A stretch of 64,000 nt of DNA from Phoronis australis (taxonomy: Eukaryota > Animalia > Phoronida), in NCBI GenBank assembly GCA_002633005.1, contig NMRA01000222.1, positions 311,186 to 375,185 on the forward strand. Direction: 5' to 3'. The notes under the pieces were generated by a model, which was not told the DNA's origin, did not search any database, and saw only the letters and a list, made by a program, of their open reading frames with translations. Position 1 is the first letter of the stretch, and each line of letters opens with the position of its first letter. The translations under genes were made by a program, and so were the position numbers. Positions 24,902 through 38,690 of the stretch are shown one piece after another.

Positions 24902-25156
24902 CATGCGTGCACCCAGCCTTCGATATCGGATGGGGGGGGCTCGAATTCCTGACGTTGTGGACCATTTGCTAACAAAAGTGCGGGCAGACTAAAAAAAAGC
25001 AGGGGCACCTCTGTGAATTGCGACTTTTGCACTTACTTAATGGACTTTTGTCCCATTTTCTCGGAATTTTGTCTCTCGGGGGTGGACCTTTTTTCCCACT
25101 TCACCAATTGGGGGGGCTCATTCAAGCCCCCCGAGGCCCCCCTGGGCGCGCGCATG
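24902..25156. mobile_element. MITE with 5-bp TSD
   Basis: TIRs CATGCGTGCACCCAG / CTGGGCGCGCGCATG flanked by CTATC on both sides. Confidence 0.8.
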
Positions 25157-25204
25157 CTATCAGTGTCACAGGAAAGTACACCCCACTACACAACTCCCCT
25201 TCTC

Positions 25205-25442
25205 CAGGGCTTGGAATGACAAAAAAGAGGAAAATTTCCCAGGTGATGTATCTTCCACAAATAGAATCCTGTGATAGAAATATTTTTGAGTTGTAAAACG
25301 TTAGTAAAATTAATGTTGTTGCGTGAATGAAGTCAAATTAATGATAAAAAGATAGGAAAAAAGACAAAATTGATATCAAATAAGAGAGAATCGAAACCAA
25401 AAAAGAGGAAACCCTACTAAACGAGGAAAATTCCAAGCCCTG
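25205..25442. mobile_element. hAT-like MITE with 6-bp TSD
   Basis: TIRs CAGGGCTTGGAAT / ATTCCAAGCCCTG flanked by CTTCTC on both sides. Confidence 0.85.
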
Positions 25443-25529
25443 CTTCTCATGACTCGCACACTGATGATCACCATATGGGGACGTCCCCTCTCCTGACACT
25501 ACTCAGTCAATAACCACACCTAAGCTTAC

Positions 25530-25700
25530 CGTCGATTTCGCAGACCAACGGACCCCCACTGTCTCCCTGGCAGGTATCCACACCCCCTGATATAATACCA
25601 GCACAGAACATGCCGCGCGTTAGGCTTCCTTTGTACAGCTGCATACAGCGGGAAGGATCAATAATGGGTATCGTCGCTTCCTGTAGAATGCGAGGGTATC
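25530..25700 (-). CDS. Protease exon, catalytic Ser
   Basis: [13 protein letters not shown]...[27 protein letters not shown]; S1 Asp indicates trypsin-like specificity. Confidence 0.97.
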
Positions 25701-26315
25701 CTGGAAAAAGTGCGAATAAGAAATTGACTCATGTTTTAAGTAGTCCCATGCAAAAAGCTAAGGTTTATATACTGGTTGGATGTAATTGTCCACACTGGTT
25801 ATGTAGGACCTTAGCAACAAATCTGTGTAATAACTAGTTAGTAAATATCTACAAATCTACTGATTTTAACTCGTACGTTTTCTGCAAGTAAAAAGCCTGC
25901 AGATTTTTTTATTTGATTTATACCAATCTGTTATTCATTGAATCATGTGGCTAAGGCTTTTGTTTTTCTAGTAAAATTAAGCTAAATTAATATGAGATAT
26001 TGAAAAACAATGGTATCGACTGCAGGACCAAATTTAATACAGTATTATGCAAGATGAAATCTCAAAAACACTATTACAGCTTTCTAAATCATCAGTTCTT
26101 GTAGTTTTCACTTTATGCAACTTTTGCTAAAGATGATATTCATAAAATCAGGAAAGATCCATTTTCAATAGCACCTCCTGCAACAATGGAACTTATCAAC
26201 AGTTTTGGAGAACGCTCCATAAAGCATAGTGTCTGAAAGTTTTATACGATGCCCATCATCTCTGAGCTATGGTGTTATGAAGTTTGGACATTTTTCTACT
26301 GTCCTACATAATCCG

Positions 26316-26544
26316 AAGGGACATTATCAGTTTTTTTGATATTGCTACAATTGCCGATTCTCACCATTGTCTGCCACACTTTAGCTGAAATCAACACTGG
26401 TGTAAAATACTCTACTATTTAACTCGACGTGGGATTTGGCTCAGCAGCAGTGTGTTTGGCAGCTACTGTGGAGATAGTGGGCTCAATTCCGCAGTCATGC
26501 TAATTTCTGTAAAATTAATTTTCTTGCGGAGGATGTCCCTTTAA
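26316..26544. mobile_element. Possible Kolobok-like MITE
   Basis: AAGGGACAT ... ATGTCCCTTTAA ends. Confidence 0.35.
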
Positions 26545-26888
26545 GAACGAACCATCATATTGTCCAGTCCTGGGGGAAATATAAATAAGCTACAAACATT
26601 GCAAGCTGACTATTCTCCACTACATTGGCAACAAAAACACATGGTGAGACCATTGGTCTCCTTGTCACAAACGTACGCAACTAGAACATAAAAGCAAAAC
26701 CCCACTGAGGTGAATTTTGAGTGTCCAGACCCTTCTTGACCATCACATTTTTGAGCAGCCCGGTTTTCTCCAAACCAAGACTAAAGTTTTACATCTAGTA
26801 ATCCAACAGTCCTGACAAAGTAACTCCCCCTGTCCCCTATCCCCTTCCTTTCTCCCTCTCCCCTCTTTGTCCTTCCATCAACCCTTAC

Positions 26889-27053
26889 CTGAACCAGTGT
26901 TACCCCAGCCTGAAATGTAGCAGCCTGTCCTCGCGCCATAGTCAGTGGTAGGTGTAGGGAGGCAGGCTGGCTGCACAATCTGATTGAACCGGAATCCTTG
27001 GCTAGTTGAAGACTTGATCTTGATGACGGCAATGTCATTATCATGGCCATTGG
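26889..27053 (-). CDS. Protease exon, catalytic Asp
   Basis: NGHDNDIAVIKI...VQPACLP...CYISGWGNTGS. Confidence 0.96.
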
Positions 27054-27664
27054 CTGTGAAGTACAACTTACAATTCATCTCAGTGACATTTGAGTACGGC
27101 AGATAAAGATTCTTGGCACAATCCAATCACGACATGAATACTAAGTTGACCAGTTTTGCCCTTGTCGTAAACCTGACAGCCCATTGATGACCCTTTTGTG
27201 TTTCTGAGCACAACGTCAATTTTTCAATGAGTGAATTGCATCCATACTACTAATTTTTATCAGTAAAGCAATTGAAATCAATTTCATTCTGATAATACAG
27301 TAAGAACCTATTACATAAGCAGTTAAAATACACTGCCGCTGATTAACAGTGCATGTCTTAGAATAATGTGACAATTCTTCATTCATATCGCGTACTATAT
27401 GGCCAACAAGTGAAATTCTGTTTTGTCAAATTTCTTCACAAAAATAAAGATTAAGAAATGTTCAGTCTGTTATTTGCATATCCTGTAATGTGTAGATGTC
27501 ATAATACAACATCCAGTAAGATTTCCACAGTTTGTAGCAAAGTTATCGGCATTTGAAACTGGGCAGTCACAATTTTGGTAAAATTATATTATTCTTGTGC
27601 AAAATAAGTGGAGAATTACCTCAGTAAATTGCTAAAAAAGAATTCAAGTTGACAGGCCTGTATA

Positions 27665-27922
27665 CAGGGCTTGGAATGCCAATGAGAAGAGAGGAAAATT
27701 TTCCAGGTTATGTATTGTTCCACAAAATAAAATAAATTGGATGGAGTGATAGAAATATTTTTTGCGTGAGCCGTCAAATTTAACTGAGATGTTTTTGCTT
27801 GAACAAAGTCAAAATAATAACAAAAAAAGAGACGGAAGAAGAGGAAACAGGAAATCAAATAAGACGAAATTGAAACAAAAAAACCCAGAAAATCCTCTAA
27901 AAACAGGAAAATTCCAAGCATA
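27665..27922. mobile_element. Second, more degenerate copy of the CAGGGCTTGGAAT MITE
   Basis: Colinear with 25205-25442. Confidence 0.75.
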
Positions 27923-28837
27923 TGCTAAAAGTAATGGTCAGGAACATCAACATTCTTTCATCATGACAGTTACTGTCAATAACAGATAAATTATTATGCT
28001 AACAACATTTAGCTTGGTTGCATAGTCATGTCCCAACGCTGCCAACCAGTTATGAGCTTCAATATCATAGCACGATGGGAATGACATTTTTAACTTACAG
28101 TCAGTATTTTCATAGCCCTCTTTATAGAATTAACACTTTACAACTTGACTGGTAATGATTTTATTCATAACCACAACACTGGCATCAATTCTACTGCAAA
28201 AAAAGACGTAACCCAAAGATGGAAAGAAAAACTCAAATAAAATAGTGATTAAACCATGCAATGGAACTCAACACATTTCATGACAGATGAGAATTAAATT
28301 ATCAGGCCGTGGCTTATATCTGCTATTTTTACCATTTATCATTTACTTTGACTGTAAAGTGGGTTCAACAGGTTCCTCACATACAAGATGAGAAGTGATC
28401 TTTGGGATACAAAATTAAGACATGGCCCTTTGTTATTGTGTGAGACCAGGCTTAACAAATTGGCTAATTGACCTGGCTAGTCATTTTATCCAGAGCCTCA
28501 CAGTCAGATCAACTTAGTACTCCATCTAGTGTTCAGGTTGTGAACCAGCGACCTGTTTGACCACCCACATCGTTTGTGGTATACACGTGGAGTCAAGCCA
28601 ACTTATAGTGTTGTGGTCTCGAACAATAATAAACTATCCTTCTTGTCAAGCCCAGAAATCATTTCTAAACTGAGCTAAACTGAGCAAGGCAGATGTTGAG
28701 AGAAGTTTTTCAATTATGGTATAACTGAGTGCTTTACACCAACTGTTAGATTTTCAACAGAAAGCAGAGTTCAGCATCAGGGCACAAAGCAACTTGTGCA
28801 TTACACAGTGCAGTCTTGTACACTGTATATTACTTAC

Positions 28838-28965
28838 GCGTGTAACCCCTATGCACTATAAGTCGGTCTATCTCAAACACTTGCTCGTGCGTATCCGTTT
28901 GTGTGTTATCATGTTCTCCAGAGCGGATCTGGAAAAGCGCCTTGGACACACTCCCATCCCTTCCT
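28838..28965 (-). CDS. Protease exon (trypsin domain)
   Basis: GRDGSVSKALFQIRSGEHDNTQTDTHEQVFEIDRLIVHRGYT; phases 2/1. Confidence 0.93.
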
Positions 28966-30448
28966 CTGCAACAAAATAAAAGTTCAGGTCGTTTTCCTGC
29001 CACATCAAACAGTTGCCACGACATTAAGAAAACTTAATTCAATTAACACAAGATCCAAACTCCTGAGCAGTGCATCTGCCACTGACATTTCAGTAAGAAA
29101 ACAAGAAATCACCGAGTCTTGCACGACCAATTGATACCTTGAGATGAATTGCTTCAAGGTCACTTTGTGACTTCCTGAGTCATGCCTTACACTGTAACTT
29201 GTTCACTTAATCAACTCCAAGAAAAGAAATTTTGTACAAGGCAATAAATACAATCATGGTGGCCACTGATTACTACAAGTTAGTATCCAAACTGAGCACA
29301 AAATCCTCCCATTTTATCAAATTTGAACTCACTGAATGAAGAACTGAATGGGTTGACTGTCTCCACCTCGGTATATGAGTTAGTTGCGCGCTGATGAGTG
29401 GGGATTTACTTTTTGAAACCTTCATTGGCTGAGAGCATGGCGAAAAAGATCATTACAAAAGGAAAGAAAACTGAAGTTAACCCCAGATTCCACTTAAGTT
29501 CTAAATTGCCGTTATTATCATGAGCAGTTCATTGAAGGCAAGAACGAAAAGAATTATTAAGTAACTGAATGTCTCGTGTAAGTTCTAATTCAGGAATACA
29601 GTCTAGTTAAGTGTTAAAAAGAACAAGTTCTTGCATAATATGCTAGTAAGTAAATCTGTCTTAAAATTTTTCTTCATTGCATAGACAAAAATAACTATGG
29701 TGGCTTTCTTAGTCTACATGTGAGAAACAACAAAAAGCAAGATCTTGCAAAATCAAGCGAGGGAAAGGCAAGTGTTTCTTGCGAGTACATGACTTTGTTC
29801 GAGTGATGATTATGATGTACCCTGAAAAAATGGCAGCCACAGATCGTGATTGGTTAGTTAGGTTGGAATATTGAATTATGGGACTGAACTGAGTTTCATG
29901 ATATTTGTAAAAATGAAATAAACATCTCACCACAAGTGCTTCGTGAATATCTCTGTTCTACATGAACTAAATTGAAGGTACAGTCAAGCACTACATATTG
30001 GAATTTATTTTGCTCATCTAGCAAGAAAGAGACAGCTCATGTCAAAGAAATTCAAGAGTTAGACCTATAACCACATTATTCAGAGGAAAAGTGATTTCTG
30101 GAATGAGAAGAACTCTGTCTGACAGCTGGTTCATGGTGGTTGAGAACATGCTGGGCACATAAAATGACCAGCTGTGACAAGCCAGCCAACGCATTGAGCC
30201 CGGTCTCAAACATTTCCTTAGCCCGGTCTGGTGACCACCATGCAAGCTTTACGTGTGCAACTCACACATGCAATTGGAAATGTTACTCAAAGCATTGCAC
30301 AAGATTGAGGCTGAATTTAGATAAAATTCCTTTCAATCTTGGCAAGGAACAGCTCGAGACAATTTTAAATTGATTATGGAGGGAAGTCTCAAATGGTAAG
30401 TTGTTTTAGTGAGGATATAACTGGTTTCCTGTTAAAAATACCACTTAC

Positions 30449-30686
30449 ACAAAGCAGTGGGCCGCACTGACCACCCACCATTCATTGATGATTGTACCAC
30501 CACACCAGTGAGAGGTCGGGCCGCCAGCATAACGTCGTTTACGTACAGCCACCTGCCATGGGAAGGCTCCATAAACAGCATCACGTCCCCCTACGATGCG
30601 AGCATGTGAGGGTCCCGGAAGTACGCCAGCCACTGGCAGCGAGCCAATAGAACGGCGGGACCGATAACGTCGACCACACTCATGGC
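30449..30686 (-). CDS. Protease exon: activation site and catalytic His
   Basis: [12 protein letters not shown]...[19 protein letters not shown]...[20 protein letters not shown]. Confidence 0.97.
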
Positions 30687-31791
30687 CTACAATCCGTATA
30701 AGAGACTGCGGGTTGAGAAAAGTATCGCACTGCACATGAGAGCAAAATCTGATATGAGGGATCAACTTATCCCTCTGTAATTGTCATGATACATACAATG
30801 TAATCCACCACGAATAGAAATGCAAAAGGCTACGCCATTTTATGACTTGAGGTTTCAATACATTGACCAGATGACTAAGCTAAACTCAATATTATATTAG
30901 AAAAATACTATCTTATTATAACTAGATTTTTCTAAAAGTAACTGATTATAATAATGGAAACAATTCAAAGGTGAAAAATTTGCAATTTTACACATTATCT
31001 CTTACTGCAAGTATAACACAAGCAACGTAGAGGGCTGAAATGCACCCACCGCTGCACAAAATGGTATGCTGATAAGGGTAATTCATTAGATGGCACAAAA
31101 TGGATTGAACCAGTTCGGAAAGGTACCATTGTCTCCCTAACAGAAAATTATTTGCCAAATTTCATAAAAATTCCTTAAGGAAGTCCAGATAGAGACTGGG
31201 CAAAACTGAAAAAAGAAACTACCATTTGGAGACACAACAGTAGTCTGATCCATCCATCTGTTGTTACAAGTGAACAAAAAATACTTATCAAGTTTCCAAA
31301 TATAGTCAGTTGCAAGGAGTTTATGAGATACAGCTGCAAAAATGCCAGTACAGGAGGTCACCAGAGTATTTAGACTGGTCAGAAAATCCATGTTAGTCAT
31401 CATCTTATCGAAACACATCTCCCAAATTTCATAGTAATCCTTTGAGTGCTTTGGCAGATACAGTCAGATGAAAACAAAAATAATTCATTAAACTGGACAC
31501 TACATCCCACAGAATGCATCTGCCAATTTTCATAATGATCCTTAGAGTGGTTTGGTTAACAGAGAGCTTGAATTTTTAAAATGGCCACCTGAGTTGGTGC
31601 AGAACAAGTCAGAAATGCTTGAAAATGGGGAGGTGTTGTGGTCTCGCCAAATTTCATGAAAATCCATCAGTGAACTCCAAAGATAGAAGCATGTGTAAGA
31701 ACGTAATACGTGGTAGCATAAAAACAGGGAGATAAAAAATTAATGTAAATGTCGTTAATTAATATATTAATTAAATATGTGCACTGGCTAC

Positions 31792-32072
31792 CTGGCTGGA
31801 CGGGGGGTGCTGCCGTAGTAGGTTGAACAATGGGAGGCTCTGCTGTAGTAGGTTGAACAATGGGAGGCTCTACTGTAGTAGGTTGAAGAGTGGGGCGTGG
31901 TCCTCCCTCACACCTAACCCCTGCATCCTCAGTATGTGTACAGTCGTGCTGTCCCAAGTCAGATTTGGTACAGTCCGACAGACTGGTCTCTTGACCGCTA
32001 CACTCAACCTCATCATATGCAATGGAGCCTGAGCCCGAACCAAAATGGGCCTCGCTAAATGCTTTACCACCA
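31792..32072 (-). CDS. SRCR (last) second half plus Pro/Thr linker
   Basis: AHFGSGSGSIAYDEVECSGQETSLSDC...HDCTHTEDAGVRC then (QPTTxEPPIV)n. Confidence 0.95.
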
Positions 32073-32414
32073 CTGAAAACAATGAAGGCGGACACTCAAA
32101 GGGTGTAGACACCCCACATCATTAACATGTCAATGCGATTCCATTTAAAGATTTTCTAAAAGAAAACATGAAAGCTGGGTGGGTCAATTTTCAAAGACAT
32201 GAAAATTCAAACACCCATCTTCTATGTTTTCAAACCAAAATATCGGCCAGTAAAAATTATTCAAAGTTAACTTTTATTCACTATCATCATGTTGTTTCAA
32301 GTTCCCACAATGTGATATTTATAACTGAAGCAACTACAAATGGTGGAATACGAAAAACAACACTGTGATATCTATATAATGTATAAAACTTTGTCACCAT
32401 TCAAAAAAACATAC

Positions 32415-32553
32415 CTATAGCCCAACATTCTGCACACAACTTTAGCGTCATTGTCATCCCATGAGTCATCACATATTGTTCCCTCAACATTGTTCACTTT
32501 GACCTCTACACGACCTTCATATGCATTTTCACCACCAACGAGACGAACAACCA
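32415..32553 (-). CDS. SRCR (last) first half
   Basis: [16 protein letters not shown]...[22 protein letters not shown]. Confidence 0.96.
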
Positions 32554-34203
32554 CTAGGACAAATGAATGTTAAGAGTTAAGAGATGAGATATCCAACAAG
32601 ATTTCAAACTGTCATCACAAACCAAGATCTATGATTACTTTTGTTATCAACAGCATGCAAAACTAATGTGTACAGTACAACAACTGACCGATTAAATCCA
32701 AGAACAAAACTTATGGGCCGCATTAAATGATAATGGTGGACAGCTGCCAAATCAATTCATTGGGCATCAGATGAATTAAATCGTGACCTGGCCAACAGAA
32801 ATACGTAGTTTTCCAATGTGACAGAAAAGAGGACCGATGGTCGGTTGGCGAGCAGGAGCAAGAAAAGAGAAGATCAATTCATTACCACCACCAGCACCTA
32901 ATACATGTTATCAAGCTGAAGGAACGCCGAAGAATGAATCAGATGTGGTTCAATAACTCTCCACTTATTTTGCACATTGTGTAGCTGCAAATAACTTAAT
33001 AACAAAAATCGTTTCATGATATCTACACAGTGATCCCTCAATTAATGACATCCTAATTGTTTATTTCTAAAATTTGGGACAAACTCCAACCGCAGGCAAA
33101 ATACCTAATTTTCTACTTTCCAAAATTGGAGAATTTTTTCTGTAATCTTTGGTTTTGTGAAAAAATACTAGAAAATAAAGTTTCACTAGTTCATTGTAAT
33201 GCGATCTAAATAAGTGACGAGTAACCACATCAAAATAATGAATGAAATCAATAGACCAGACAAACTTTTCACTTGGGAACCAAATTTAACAGTTAAAAAG
33301 AGTTCCACAAGACAAAATAATTACACTCTGACCCCTCATATAATGAGCAATACTAATGAAACAAAGTCATAAGCATCACTTACAGCATGGTGTAGACTGA
33401 TTCACAGATTAGAGGAAAAATGGCATCATTGTAAGTACAACACCAACACTGCCCTCTGCAGGCAGTACCCACATGCTGCACAACATTTTTGACCTAGTTC
33501 TCATGCTACTGGTGATCTACCATGTGGCTGCACTCCTCCCATTAGGGTAACCAGTTAAATTTCTTAAATTTGAAGTTTGACCTGTCTAGCAAAATGAGGG
33601 TAAAACAAAAAAATTATAAGCCTATTATACTAGTCTTATGATTTACCAATATCTACATTTTCTTTTGACATGATAAGACTTTCTGCTCCCAAGAAATCAA
33701 GAACAAAGTATAACTTTCAACAGGTCAAGAATCGCTTATTTTCGACCAACCCTGACATTTGAAAATGACGCGCAGAGAATTCCATCCAAAATAGACCAGT
33801 CACGACACTCGGACTGCCTCAAGCCAATGCGAAAGCTAATGTGTATTTAGCATGCAATCGCATATTACCAGCCGAATAAAGGAATGTGGTTTACTCAGGA
33901 ATTTCCACCGACCCGAAAATGAGGGGAGGATTTTCAGGCCGGTCCATCACAACCAAAATCATGTCAAAACACGATATGGATTGCATTTGCAAAAATCCTT
34001 TTTTACTAAAAAGTTTGTAAACTATCAATCAAAAAAAGAAAAAAAAAGAACAAATATAGTACACAAATAATGACATGGCTTATAGCAGAGAATTGAAACC
34101 CGAGTTGGCCTTTGTCACATTAACAATTACTAAAGGTAATTTTTAGTGTTTCACTGTCACAGAGGAGATCAATTCAGATTTATGACTCAGGCGAGATACT
34201 TAC

Positions 34204-34335
34204 AACTGTTACTATTTTGACAGTTAGCTTCATCCAACCCATCCGAACAATCATTATCTCCATCGCAGACGTACGAGCGTGGGATACATTTTGAGTTGGC
34301 GCACATAAACTCTGTCTCAGCACACTCCTTGGTAT
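34204..34335 (-). CDS. LDL-receptor class A exon
   Basis: [35 protein letters not shown]. Confidence 0.95.
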
Positions 34336-34500
34336 CTAGCAATAAAAAAATGTATCAATGCTGTAAACATCCCCTTTAAACAAAATATGATGAGTGAGGA
34401 GAACTCTTTTGATAGAATTTCCCAAATGTCACATGGTCATTCCAACCAGTTTTAGCCACATTCCATTCTCAAAAGTGGCTGGTCATCAATAAAGCGACTT

Positions 34501-34550
34501 TATTCACTAGCTCCCATAGAGAGGGTATTCACTAGCTCCCATAGAGAGGG
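34501..34550. repeat. Perfect 25-bp tandem duplication
   Basis: TATTCACTAGCTCCCATAGAGAGGG x2. Confidence 0.9.
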
Positions 34551-35356
34551 TAATTAACAGTTACATACTGTTTCTTATCAGATCCTATGTAAATAGATAG
34601 CGTGGAAGCATTCAGGCTATATTTTCCATCTTTTGAGACTTCAAAACATATGGAAAGCGTACGAGCGAAAACCAGACTGAGTGTGTGACTGGGTTCCCCA
34701 ATTTTCAAAATTGGTCCAGTAATTGTCAACAAAAACCTAAGCCTTGAGCTGTTCATTCAAATTTAAGTAGTTTCCAGCATGGGCTATCAGCTAATCATAC
34801 ACACCACTGACTCTCAATTAGAAGCTGTGCCTGAAAGAATGTGCATAGCCATTGGTTGTGAAGCAGGAATCTTATTTAAAGGGCATGTTCAGGACATGTT
34901 GAAATCCACATGCTTGTGCCTACATCAAACATCTACCCTGAACCGAAAGACATAGAAATTACACACCTTACAATAAATTCCAGGCATTATCGTACACCAA
35001 TTTCCAAAAGTGATCATGCTGGCATATGCTCTGCTGGAAAAAACTTACTGAATTTTTGGTGGTCAAAAACTATTCTTAGTACTTTCAAACATTCACAAAT
35101 TCATTACACAGACCCTTTCATGCAAAAGACACCAATGAATTTCGCAAGAATGCCCTTTAGCTAAAACCGTGGATAACAAGTATTGGAATTGACTTAAAAA
35201 TGTGACCTAACTTAATTTTATGCATGCCAACAAGTTATGAAATTTAACAACCATGTTGCTATGGACAACCATGTTGTTATGGCACAAATGTGTTGTGGGT
35301 GAGATATTGAGCAAAAGCAAATTGAATGTGGACTAAACATTTTCACGTAGTCTTAC

Positions 35357-35473
35357 CGTTGCAACCACCACAAGACAGCTTACAATTGATCAGCATGTAA
35401 TCTGGATTCTCCTGGCATTCTGACGGAGTTCGACTGGCCCACGAGGGGCACTGTTCATCATTATCGCTACAGC
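35357..35473 (-). CDS. ShKT domain exon 2
   Basis: CSDNDEQCPSWASRTPSECQENPDYMLINCKLSCGGC. Confidence 0.93.
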
Positions 35474-36666
35474 CTGGGGCAGAGTTAGGAATAGGTGAGC
35501 ATTTAAGCAGTGAAAAAGCAACTTAGGAATAATTCCAATGTCAGCTAAGCACTACAAGCTTGGAAAGTGCAGGTCATTACCAAAGCGTTCCAAGTCTACA
35601 AGCTAAAATGTTAAATGTCGAGTTTTAATGAGCGATCTTTTAGTTTTCACGGACAGTCTTTGGGGTATCAAAATCACAGATAACAGTTCATCTACCCAGT
35701 GGTGTATACAAGTCAAGTCGCCCCAGTGGGTTGATGAGGCAGGTACACAGTACAGGTAGAAACATACCGAAAAAGGATCACAGCAGTTGCAACGCACATT
35801 ACTTCAGTCTCTTTTCATACTTAACTGATTCTGCCATTCAAACAATGAATTCAAAAAGTTCAATTTTCAACAAGTTTTTACTTTATTTTTATAGTCTGCA
35901 GAGTATAAATTGGTCAGGAAAGAACCTGGTCACGATCAGGTAACAGCTATCCCTTAACAGCCACCTCTGTTCCTTAATCCCAAAACAAATTAAACAAGAC
36001 GGTCAAACAAGTCCAGGCGCTGCCGCAGTAACTTGCTGTTGTAATCCCAACTATAAGTAAGAAGCAATTTCAGAGTTGGTGGTAGAGAAATGAGTTGTAG
36101 CACATACCATTACTGTAGCAATTATTCAGCACACAATATGGCCGACAAGTGAAATTCTATTTTGTCACATTTCTCCACAAAAATTCAGTTTATTATTAGC
36201 ATTGTTTGTGCTGTGTTTGTCAGAAAACAACAAATAGTAAGATTTTCATTATTTGCAGCAAACTAATATGCCTCTGAAAATTATTTTGTGGTCAGGAGCA
36301 TAACCCTATTCAAAAGCAATTCATGGTGCAATTTTGATAAATTTCACAACCCAGTATAAAAATAACTAGTCAAGACAAAAGGCATTTATTTTCTTTGAGA
36401 TGATTTTTTTGAATCGAGCATTATGTGCGTTTCATTTAAAAATATTTCAGCGGATATCAGAATAATTATTAGATTACCCGATGACAGAAGTTATTTATAA
36501 AGTGTGCCACTATACAAAGCCATGACTTTAAAACTGTAATGCACAACAGGGAACTGGTCACTAAAGGCTGCATTATAATCTTAACGTTAGTGCTGAATTA
36601 ATCAACGGAAGGTATCCAAGTCTCTTCAATACTCTCACAGCGCGCGGAGGTACGGGTTTCACTCAC

Positions 36667-36786
36667 CACATACTTGACAAGACTTCCTACAGTTGGTCAA
36701 CATATAGGCCGCGTTTTCCTTACATTCTGAGGGAACGCGGGCAGCCCAAGACCGACAGTAGCGGTGATTATCTTCACACTCTGTTC
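36667..36786 (-). CDS. ShKT domain exon 1
   Basis: CEDNHRYCRSWAARVPSECKENAAYMLTNCRKSCQVC. Confidence 0.93.
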
Positions 36787-37640
36787 CTATGGGGACAGAA
36801 ACACCAGCTCCATACAGATTACTTTTTACAGTAAACCATCCACAGCCAATTTCATTTAGTAAAGCTACATTTCATCCACTTTCGTCTTACCATATACTAT
36901 AGTATCTATGGTCTCACAACATTCCTTACCATGGTAAGATTCAATCTCTATTACCAACAAGAACATCAAATCCCAGGCTCAAGAAAACGCCTAACAGTTA
37001 TCTAGGTTAGGCAAACCCGAAAATTGATCATTCGAAAATGGCACACATACTCATTGCCTGCAACTTGAGTGGCCAGTTCATTAGGCATCCATTTAAGGTT
37101 ACATAGAGCATTTCATGTTTTCAAACCTTCAAAGCAATTTGGTTAAGAATTCAACATCGACAACAAAACAACAGCACAATGTCCCTTCAAGTGAATGCAG
37201 ACTAGGTGAAACGCCTTCCTAACAAGGCAATTGACTGTTAGTTTGTTAGTTTGGACTGATTCAAATGTACCAGTGTCCAGAGAGGGTTCAAGTCAACCAA
37301 AGTTTAGATTAAGTACTAACAAGTGAACACTATGATTCAGCATACGATTAGCCACCAGGTGGAGTCAGTGCTCTTAGATACCATGTAATATGTTAATAGA
37401 ACAATTATTTTACAAGCATGACCCATGTCATTGGCCAATTACATTTTTCAACAACTCCTTGTGGTTGCTGGCCAATGGTACACATTACTTTAATTATGTC
37501 ACAATCATGCTTTATACATTTTGTCTTCAATAACGCATGTGCATGCAGATTCTAACAAAAATATTGTTTTATTATTCACGTTAACTCCATGTAGCAGTTG
37601 TTTACTTCATACGAGATATTACGAGAATGGTCTGGCCTAA

Positions 37641-37778
37641 GTTTGTGTGTGTGCATTTTGTGTGTGTGTTTTGTGATTGTGTTGGGTGTGTGTTTTGTGT
37701 GTGTGCTTATAAGTGTTTTGTGTGTGTTTTGTGTGCATTTGTGTTACGTGTGCACTGGATGTGTGTGCATGCGTGAGT
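37641..37778. repeat. Imperfect (GT)-rich simple repeat
   Basis: Direct observation. Confidence 0.85.
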
Positions 37779-38459
37779 AGCAATGTTGAAAGGGTTTACA
37801 CCATGCATTTAGTTTTTGAGGTTTCAGGTAGCTAGTATGAAACGAATACCATCAAATCTAAATAAGAGCACTTCTTATTCCAAATAGTTTTGATTTTTTA
37901 TTTTGAGGAAAAATTAGTGATTTCCCGCCACATGATGAAATATTAGGTGGAAGACGATTGGCCACTTGACAATCAATAGCTGCTTGTTGGAACACAGAAG
38001 GTCAGAAGACGAAGACGATTTCGAGTAAGAACTGGACAATTAATTATGCAGACATAGAGGAGAGTGGATAGGGGCATCACACTCAAGTACATAAAGAATC
38101 AGACAAATAAAATGAATTTGATTTCCCATATAGCGAACTTTCGTCGGCTTTGAGGCCGTATGAACTCGACCCAATTGCACGAGAAAAGCTGCAGACATAT
38201 GTGAGCCACATCCAACTGAACCAAAGGATGGTCAAAATTCACAAAATAAAACTTGATAATCACTGACAAAGACCACGTTAAATCTGGGTCACTCGTAGTC
38301 ACTGTTGCAATGATGGAATGAGCACAGTCTAAATACAATGCATTATAAGCCTACTAACTTGTAGTAGCATTGGATCTGGGCCGGGGTCGAGAGCCTGGCA
38401 CCACTCGCCCTAAAATGGAAGCAGTTTGTTTGTTATTTATAAAATTTGCAAAATGCACT

Positions 38460-38690
38460 TACAAGGTGGCGAGTCCTTCATCATAACGCCTCTTTTGTGT
38501 GTGGTCGAAACACGATTCTTTGAAAAGTGCAAAACAAAGTGTGGTTTCCGACTGAATCGCATGTTCCACATGCGGCACACAAACCGATACCATTTCAATC
38601 TTTGCAACTCTTATCTGTTTAGAAAATTTGAACACAGAGACGTTCTCAGTCAAGTTACCACAGTCTCCACAAATGTAGCTTAGTTTTCGT
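38460..38690 (-). pseudogene. Probable second decayed THAP domain in an intronic transposon relic
   Basis: Across frameshifts: CGDCGNLTENVSVFKF / ELQRLKWYRFV / TLCFALFKESCFD. Confidence 0.45.

Noticed and set aside
37598-37780. Cys/Val-rich ORF
   Set aside because: Translation of a GT microsatellite
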